From: Catajapyx aquilonaris
Taxonomy: Eukaryota
Length of the DNA stretch: 56,926 nucleotides
Assembly: GCA_000934665.2 (NCBI GenBank)
Contig: JYFJ02002481.1
Location: forward strand, 1 to 56,926
Reading direction: 5' to 3'
Within the stretch, counting starts at the first letter, position 1, and every line of letters starts with the position of its first letter. The position numbers were made by a program, and so were the translations under genes. The notes under the pieces are model-generated. The model was not told the origin of the DNA. It searched no databases and saw only the letters and a program-made list of their open reading frames with translations. This document shows positions 49,001 through 56,926 of the stretch, one piece after another.

Positions 49001-49126
49001 GGGCCGGTTTCACCGAGCTTGGTATATGATAAAACCAGGTTTCTTTAGGAAAATCCATACAAATAGATAGGGATTTTGCGAAAGAACCCTGGTTTTATCA
49101 TATACTGAGCTCGGTGAAACCGGCCC
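49001..49126. mobile_element. PIF/Harbinger-like MITE
   Basis: TTA TSD and TIR GGGCCGGTTTCACCGAGCT; terminus related to the 25925 element. Confidence 0.88.
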
Positions 49127-49253
49127 TTAGAACCTTTCAAAAAATATGCTTTTACCTGAAAGTGACTATTACTCTTTTAGTCTTTGACTTGCATAGTAGG
49201 ATTCCCTGTCATTGAGAATGACCATTACTGTATGTGAAGCAAAAATGTGCAGT

Positions 49254-49254
<1 letters not shown>

Positions 49255-49286
<32 letters not shown>

Positions 49287-49614
49287 CCGGGGTAGTGCTG
49301 ACCTCATCAGAGGTATGTAGCACGGACCTTTATTTATTTTTGTCGTGTACATTGGAGCCTTTATACGTAACGCCCGGGCCCACAGGCAGGATGACAGGAG
49401 GGGATGTGCAAGGTGCAGTGCAATGTCTTAATGTGGCCATTTTTAGTGAACTCCCCCGGGTGGTTTAGTCTGTAGGAAATACCACCCGAGACGAAGCCAG
49501 AGGTGACTCAATGAACTCTGCACGAGATGAAGGGGGTGTCCCCGGGTTGGGATCGAACCCTGGACCTTAACATCCGTGGGCGCGTACGTTACCGCAGCAC
49601 CACTTCGCCTCCCC
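49255..49614 (-). mobile_element. SINE family B with a different 3' tail
   Basis: TSD AAAAATGTGCAGTT and (ATT)n tail. Confidence 0.88.
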
Positions 49615-49699
49615 AAAAATGTGCAGTTGTAATTAAAGCAGCAATTTTTCTTTGAGTTTTTCTTCAATATTTAACAAGCAGATTTTTTACTTTATTCAG

Positions 49700-49929
49700 G
49701 TAACTGCCCACAATGCAGTGATTCACCAAGCAGTGATTCAGAAGCAAACTCCTCGAATGCAAAGTCCATGAAGAGGAAGACCCCAGAAAGATGCAAGCGA
49801 CAGTACCTTAATAGAAATAACTCCTCTGATGACTCCTCTGAGGATGAGCCATGCAGCAAACGAGCCATGGCAATTGATGGAACAGAGAGGACAGGGAAGG
49901 ACAAAAGAAACAGGAAGAACTCCAACTGA
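49700..49929 (+). CDS. DCAF5: DCAF5 probable last exon (disordered Ser/acidic/basic C-terminus)
   Basis: TTTATTCAG acceptor, phase 1, open 76 codons (GNCPQCSDSPSSDSE...KRNRKNSN*). Composition is typical of DCAF5 tails. Confidence 0.75.
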
Positions 49930-51548
49930 CTGCAGTAATGGACAGCAGCTTCCTAAAAAATCTGAAGTTACTTGGACTGATGTTATAATTCTTTATTTTT
50001 TTTAATCATGTGGTTTCCAAGAACATGCATTTTTTTTTACTTCACTTTCAATTTATGCAGCGAAGTTTAGGTACCTTTAAGTGAAGGGCTGAGAATCAAA
50101 AACCATCAACTACATGGAGAGTAAAACTGGCCCTATTTGAGGAAATCATTTCATTACAAGAACAGTTATAGTCATCAACTTTGAGAAGCAGTACTGTAGG
50201 CGCAGAAGCTATTGATATATGAGTTGCATTTCTTTGTCAACAATTAAATATTGTTTGTTGCAATTGGCAGGTTTTTGATTCCGACACAACATATTTGGCA
50301 CTTTTTGATGTGAAAAGCCAATGGTGGACGCAATTATTGCAATATTTCTTCACTCATTTCGCACGCAGTAGTTGGCGGTTTTTGATGCACACACTGCAGT
50401 GGGTGGCTTTAGTTTCACATTTTGCAAAAATTTGTTCTGTAGTAGTTGGTTTTGATCCTCAGCTTCTTTTCTCCCCTTGATTACCATGGGAAGGAGTGCT
50501 AGTTTTAATACGACATTCAGAGGTAATATGCAGGGCATCCATATGAACCGTATGCCTATCTCATTTTTCAAGAAAATGTCAGTTGGTGGATTTTGATCCT
50601 CAGCCCCTCAAGTGCATTGAAAGTTAGATGGTGAGAGTCATACCATTGTGAACTAGCATAACAACATGAACTCAGTGACCTTATTAACCTGCTTCAGGGA
50701 TTGCAATGTATCATTGTGTAAACATGGGGCATGTGTGGCAAATGCCAACACATGATAAATATTACTCGGGCTCCCAATTTACCAGTGAGTGCATATAAGA
50801 TGTTTGGTGCAAGTTGTTGTAGACTGTGCAATTGGTTCAAGAGCAACAACAATCTTAATATACAACCAGCTTGTGCCATGCACATTATTTGTGCCCATTT
50901 GTGAGTCTGGGCTCAGGGATTATCCGGGGATGGGTTCACAAAGGAGTGCAAGTGAGATGCATTTTTCCAGTTTAAGTTTGGTTGGTTTGATTTGAATGGT
51001 GCATCTTCCTTATGATGCTATACTCGGATTTTTTTAAAGGTTCAAATGGCATCATCATCACTGCCCCTTTGGCAAGTTACAGTAACAGTGGTAACAAAGG
51101 TGCTGTCATATGGACCTTAACATTGAGCTCTAGTTGAATATTTCACTGGGCACTTACAAAGGAATATAAAAGTAAAAGTGATATGGGGTGAAAGATGACT
51201 TCACCTTTCATGATATTATATATATGGATCAAGGGGGAAATTCATTCAGCTAATTCAGGGGGAAGAAAATTTGTTCTCAATATTTGCTCCAAATTGCTCC
51301 AAATTTCAGAAAAATTATACCATAGGATATCAAGAAGGAGAATAGTATAATTATGTCCATATCTGATCAGAACCTTACACACACACACAGTTGTAATCAT
51401 TTTCAAGGTCCATTCTATAATTCTGTACATAAATTAAAATTTGTTGGAACAGAAAAATGCCTGGTATTATGTATTATGCAATCACATGTTTTGCACAACT
51501 CTCAGAAAGTTACAGAGAGCATCTCAAATGAACTACATGCTGATTTAA

Positions 51549-52189
51549 CACTTAACTACCGACGTGGGGTATTTTTCTACCCCACAATGTAGATAATACC
51601 ATCGCGATTAATAAATTTTGTATGAAATGAAAAATGGCAGGCCTATATTCCTCAGACATACTTTCTTCGATCCAAAGAAAAATTTTGACATCAGTAGAAA
51701 AAAAATTTGCCGAGTTACCGGTACTTTTATGCTGCTAAGCGTCACAGATGGGGTAGAAATATACCCCACGTCGTAGCCAATGTACATAATTTTTTTAGAG
51801 AGCACATCACAGCGCATCACAGCGCATCACAGCAAAATTGTATTTTATAAAGTGTGAGTGTTGTTATTCAGCAATAAATATTGCTCGGAACTAAAATCTT
51901 GCAGACCCTGCAGCTGGGAATGTTTACGTTATAAGTCATTACTCATGGCATCAAGCTGGAAGGCTACGAAGGTGCGATAACGGAGTCTCAAGTCCCTTAT
52001 GACTCAACTAATGGTCACAGGAGATCGATTTTTTTTACACATACAGATGAGAATACAGGCCGAATTTAGCGCGGAAAAATGGCTTTAGTGCTATTAAGGC
52101 AATTTTTTAAAAAAATGAAAACCGCGTGGGGTAGAAAAATATCCCACGTCGTAGCCAATGTATGGCAGATTCACGTCGGTAGTTAAGTG
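51549..52189. mobile_element. piggyBac-like MITE
   Basis: TTAA TSD, TIR CACTTAACTACCGACGTG, and three internal GGGGTAGAAA..CCCACGTCG motifs. Confidence 0.85.
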
Positions 52190-52529
52190 TTAACAAGGGT
52201 CCAAGTTACCATCAGTCATCAGACCTGTTCACTGTCTGCTGCTGCCCACACCCACAAAGGTCCCAAAAGGTCACAAGACCCCTTCCAACATGGTTGCACT
52301 CATAAGAGGCCACCATATTTGCTTTCAGACATTGTCTTCAAACCAGCTTCATCTCCAGCTCCATCATCCAGCTCCAATCATCCATCACTGATGTCACCGA
52401 TACAGGTGGAGACCATCCGAACGCGTCTGTGACGTATCATTCCCACGGCAGGTTTGAGTAGTGTAAGCAGCAGATGCCAGCGGGTGGAGAGAAGTGGGTG
52501 GGCTATTGTTCTCAGGCGTAACGAACATC

Positions 52530-52848
52530 TGGGCAAGGCCGGGAATTAAAAATGTCGTTTTGGGGCCATATCTCGAAAACGGCTGTAAAATTCGCGATTA
52601 TGAGGATTTTTGGCAATAGTAATTATGTGGCAAGGAATCCAACGGTGTAAGTCCAAGGTCTCTGGCATCACCCACGCCTAGGCGCGAATTTGAGATCTGA
52701 CCTCGCTAGGTCGTCACTCTGACCTCAAGAGGTCATAATATTGATTGATTGATTATAATATTAAAATAGTTTATCGCTCTATACGATGTTAATTAACTTG
52801 ACTAGGTGGAGAGAGGCTATACTCCTTGCCGATTCGAGAACTACTAGT
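52530..52848 (+). mobile_element. Possible Helitron/Helentron-derived fragment
   Basis: TATCTCGAAAACGG and TGACCTC..GAGGTCA motifs; ends in a short hairpin followed by ACTAGT. Confidence 0.3.
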
Positions 52849-53088
52849 CTGCGGCATTCATGCGGCAATAGTGTGAAATACTCATTTCAGGTGTCACTGA
52901 CGAAAAATGCAATACGCGTATTGTTTGTGTCATGATTCTTGCAGTTTTCAACTTTTTGAATAAACATTTCGGAATGCAGGTCCATCACCGACATCCCCTG
53001 CATCCCGTCCTCTCTCGTAAAAACCGCCAACTCACACAACCAACTACATGTACTGGATGTCACAAAAGATGTATGATTTCAAAACAGC

Positions 53089-53592
53089 CATGTGGGGTAT
53101 GGTAAAAATTGCTGCCACTGCGTTTATATGTTACTTAGCAGGACGTTAATTTTAATAATGAACCTAAGGGGCCACACAAATCCGAAAACAGTATTAAAAT
53201 TAATTACAAAAAATCTAACTCAGAATTTTAAAAATATTATGGCTCGCGGACTTTTTCTGAATTTGCTACACGTTGGTGTACAACATTTAGCGGTGTTATT
53301 TACAAATAAATAAAAATGTCACAACATTGCCTATTTAGACCTCAGTCCAATGTGCTACAATAAAAAATTTCAATTAACGTGAAATGGTTTTTAAAATCCC
53401 TGCATTAAAAATGCACAGAAAATTCGATATCTGCAGGCCGTGATAAACATTTTTAAATTCCGTGGCAGATTTTTTGTAATTAATTTTAATGCTGTCTTAG
53501 GATTTGTGTGGCCCCTCAGGTTCATTTTTGATATTAATATCCTTCTAAGTAACATACAAACGTTGTGGCACCAATATTTACCAGATGCCACG
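53089..53592. mobile_element. Foldback MITE (about 150 bp diverged arms)
   Basis: Mirror ORFs 53092+ and 53591- translate near-identically (MNLRGHTNPKT.LKLITKNL). Confidence 0.8.
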
Positions 53593-54867
53593 GAAATTCA
53601 CTGTCCAAGGTGTAATCATATTTATTTCAGTTGTTAACTGTCAAATCCTTGGTCAAATCAACTGCAAAAACTGGAACATACCTGCAGTTTTCCTTGAACC
53701 TGCATAGAAAGCGAACGCATGGACTTGGACACTCATTTCTTTTTCCAAATTACTTGTTTTGACGTGTGTTGTCATTTAGAAAAAAGTGCCAACGATTTTG
53801 ATATAAACGAACTTAATTATGTTAACCTGCGAAACCTATTCATCACCTTGAATTTTTCTGGAACGCACGCAGGAAGGGGAAGGGTTGTCTTAGACCGAAT
53901 TTCTTTTTTCATAGTGCTTGTTTTGATTGTATCGCTTCATTTAGAGTCAGTGGCGATGGTTTGGGTGCCTGGATAGCCTGCAGATTACCTGTAAAGCTCC
54001 TTGAACTCCACCCAAACGGGCACACATTGTTGTATAAAGCACGGCTTTTTTTCAATTGAAGTGTTATCTGCAATCGCTTTAAAACGATGGAGAATATTCT
54101 TAACTACCTACTGCAGAGATCTCTAAGGCCTATATGGCTCGTTTATGTGGTAAAAATGCCAATCACACAAGCCTTGCACCTGAATCTGCATTACCATGGA
54201 AGCTGCAAGCAGGTCAGTCCATCTGTCCAAGTGAGATAATGCAACCAAAATTCAAATGTTCACCCAACATGTTTCTACAAAACCGAAATTTGGAACATAT
54301 GGTAGAATTCTGTCAAGGTTTAAGTGGCATATTTTAAAAACCCGCTAGTGTCCATATATGTCACGAGCAAGGACGAGGTCAAAAATGAGGACTCTTCCAT
54401 TTTGATGCTTACAATAACCCGATTATTTCAGTAACTGTGCATCCCACATACATGAAAAAGGTGGCTTTCAATTCTAAACGGTACGCATAATCCGGTGATA
54501 ACAGACACAATATATCCGATTAAAATTATTACATGTCAATGTCATGTTGGCAAGTCAAAGTCCGTGACCCTTGACACGAGCCCAATATACTTGAAATTTC
54601 AGGACAATTTTGAAGTAATCCCCTATTCCTTACCTTTCAGTGGCATAGGTTTCATTGGTGTAGGCTATTCTTTTTGCGGCGCGGGAGGCTTGAGGCTATA
54701 AACTCACTGGGATGAGATGGCCATTTTCACTTCTCCATCCCCGATCTGTTGGGTGCAAGGTTCACTCTTCTCCATTTCTGCACGCTGCACGTGTAGGTAT
54801 GACGGTATGTCCTAAAAGAATGTTGCCATGCTGCCGTGGATGTGGGAGGAAGTGTGCCAAGATCAAA

Positions 54868-55040
54868 GTTCGGACCACATTTGAGAGAAAATTCGGACAT
54901 ATCTTGGACAAAATTTGGACCACATTTTTGACAAAATTTGGGTTACATTTGAAAGGCAATTTGACATATTTTGGAGAAAATAGGGCCCACATTTGAGAGA
55001 ATACTTGGATCACATTTTGGACGAAAGGGCCACATTGTGA
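54868..55040. repeat. Degenerate minisatellite, about 12 bp period (TTTGGACCACAT/TTTGGACAAAAT)
   Basis: Direct reading. Confidence 0.65.
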
Positions 55041-55448
55041 TTTTTGAAATTTGATTAAAAGGCACCTACTGCAATGCACCAATATGTGTGGAAATTGTGT
55101 TGGACTGTAGGCCATGGGTGGAGTAACAGCAACAACGCCACTGATGAGGACATGGATGACGACGACCCCGATGGTGAATTACAAGAAGTGGACTTTCTTG
55201 GAAGCAGATGCAGACCTGGCTCCACAGCCGTCTCATTTAAACGTCAAAAAAATTGCGTAGCTTCCCTTGTAAGTAGTCCAAGATTTAAGAAAGTAAATTT
55301 TCTATGATCAATTTAAGGAATAAACATAGTTAAATGTTATCCGCTGTAATTTTTTACACTCATCTCTGAATCCAATGATTCATTCTCGCCGGTCTAAACA
55401 GAAACAGACGACAATAAATATTGAAAAAAAAAAAATCCCGTGCTTATA

Positions 55449-55610
55449 CAGTACTGGCCAATAATCGAGGCAACGACTAGCGACATTTTCCCGAAGCGGC
55501 AGAAGAAGGAATCTTGCTCGCCCGGCTTCTAGCATGCTTATCTTCGATTCCTTCTTCTGCCGCTTCGGGAAAATGTCGCTAGTCGTTGCCTCGATTATTG
55601 GCCAGTACTG
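55449..55610. mobile_element. Palindromic MITE family P with perfect arms (young copy)
   Basis: TA TSD; it interrupts the right arm of 53661-55979. Confidence 0.95.
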
Positions 55611-56209
55611 TACAACAATGTGTGCCCGTTTGGGTGGAGTTCAAGGAGCTTTACAGGTAATCTGCAGGCTATCCAGGCACCCAAACCGTCGCCACTGACT
55701 CTAAATGGAGCGATACAATCAAAACAAGCACTATGAAAAAAGAAATTAGGTCTAAGACAACCCGTCCCCTTCCTGCGTGCGTTCCAGAAAAATTCAAGGT
55801 AATGAATAGGTTTTGCAGGTTAACACAATTAAGTTTATATCAAAATCGTTGGCACTTTTTTCTAAATAACAACAGACGTCAAAACAAGTAATTTGGAAAA
55901 AGAAATTAGTGTCCCAGTCCATGCGTTCGCTTTCTCTGCGGGTTCAAGGAAAACTGCAGGTATGTTACAGTTTTTGCAGGATTGCAGGGTAATCCCATGC
56001 AGGATCACTTGGGAACTTTCAGATATTGTTCAGGGGGGCCAATTGAACATATATCCCAAATTTCGTTTAGTAGACTAACAACTCTAAATGTCCAGGTAAT
56101 ACGCTATTTGCACTGGACTATGAAGCAGAGGCAAGAAATCCAACGGAACTTCGACCAGCCCTCTACGACCTCGGGAAGTGCGAGATCTTTTCCATCCTAT
56201 ATCCTCCTC

Positions 56210-56804
56210 CTATAAGTCGAATCTCCATGGGACCGGGAGAAAACTTCGAGTTATAGAAGATTCGAGTTAGAGAAGTTTGGACGTTTAAAGCACAGAACTC
56301 TATAAGGAAGCCTATATACCTTTATATCCAGCGACGAAAGGTGTTCAAAACTTAAAAATAACTGTCATTATCACACTTACAATGTTCCTCGTTGTTTTGT
56401 TGCAAAAAATCTCCGGTATGGATCTTTGGCTACTCTTAGATTCAAGGATTCAATTGTCACAATCGAGTCAAACACTTCTTTCGGTACGTCTGGTAGACGG
56501 AGATCAGGAAATTGAGCCTTTCTGTGCATGTGGCCTACTCTCGACCCTTCGTCTGGGAAATTAGAAAATTTCCCTTGCTCGGCAACATGAACTTCGACTT
56601 AGGGAGACTGAAAATGCATTGATATCCCATCGAAAGACCCTGCCAGCACTTCGAGTTATGGAGAACTTCGAGTTATAGAAATTCGTGTTAGGGAAGTTTA
56701 TTTCCTATACATTTTATTACATTTTATGATTTATTTACATTGTGACCAACCAAGCTCATAATTTTCTTCGACTTAGGGAAGTTACACTTATAGAAGTTTT
56801 ACTG
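56210..56804. mobile_element. pogo/Tigger-like MITE, inverted copy of 5372-5951
   Basis: High identity to the reverse complement of 5372-5951; terminus TATAGAAGTTTTACTG. Confidence 0.9.
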
Positions 56805-56926
56805 CAGGCCTGTGTGAGATGAGTGAGATTACAAATGTGTGTAAGATAAAAATTGTTGGTTGAACATGGCAATATGTGAGGTAACAATGGGCGAGTCGCG
56901 AGTCACATGGGCGTAGCCAGGGGGGG

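Larger units (their letters stand above)
53661..55979. mobile_element. Long-TIR element (about 400 bp arms) with a 1.36 kb core
   Basis: 53661-54056 mirrors 55421-55448 plus 55611-55979 at high identity. Confidence 0.85.

Noticed and set aside
49290..49330. CTGATGAG on the - strand as a hammerhead ribozyme core
   Set aside because: No downstream GAAA or stem III; the motif lies within a simple hairpin.

Overview
Eukaryotic (invertebrate, arthropod-like) genomic DNA that is very rich in transposon remnants. It carries a complete 9-exon + strand DCAF5/WDR22 gene (25170-49929) and the last two coding exons of a + strand TMEM229-family gene (20091-20486). The 3' exons of an unrecognised - strand gene lie at 88-920, with candidate upstream exons near 10.4-10.7 kb, and there is a promoter-like island at about 11.55-11.78 kb. 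Introns and intergenic DNA are filled with at least four tRNA-headed SINE families, many MITEs (Tc1/mariner, pogo, piggyBac-like, Harbinger-like, hAT-like, Kolobok-like), decayed mariner/Tigger/maT transposase remnants, nested long-TIR elements and microsatellites. The most notable patterns are: (1) a 3' tail shared by four SINE families whose sequence is hypervariable but whose hairpin structure covaries; (2) long-TIR elements that both sit in an AC-TCA-GT target; (3) two copies of one mariner deletion derivative with different TIRs; (4) three independent foldback elements built from two copies of the same transposon end. Almost all ORFs in the supplied track are spurious. All calls are from manual reading; no database searches were run.
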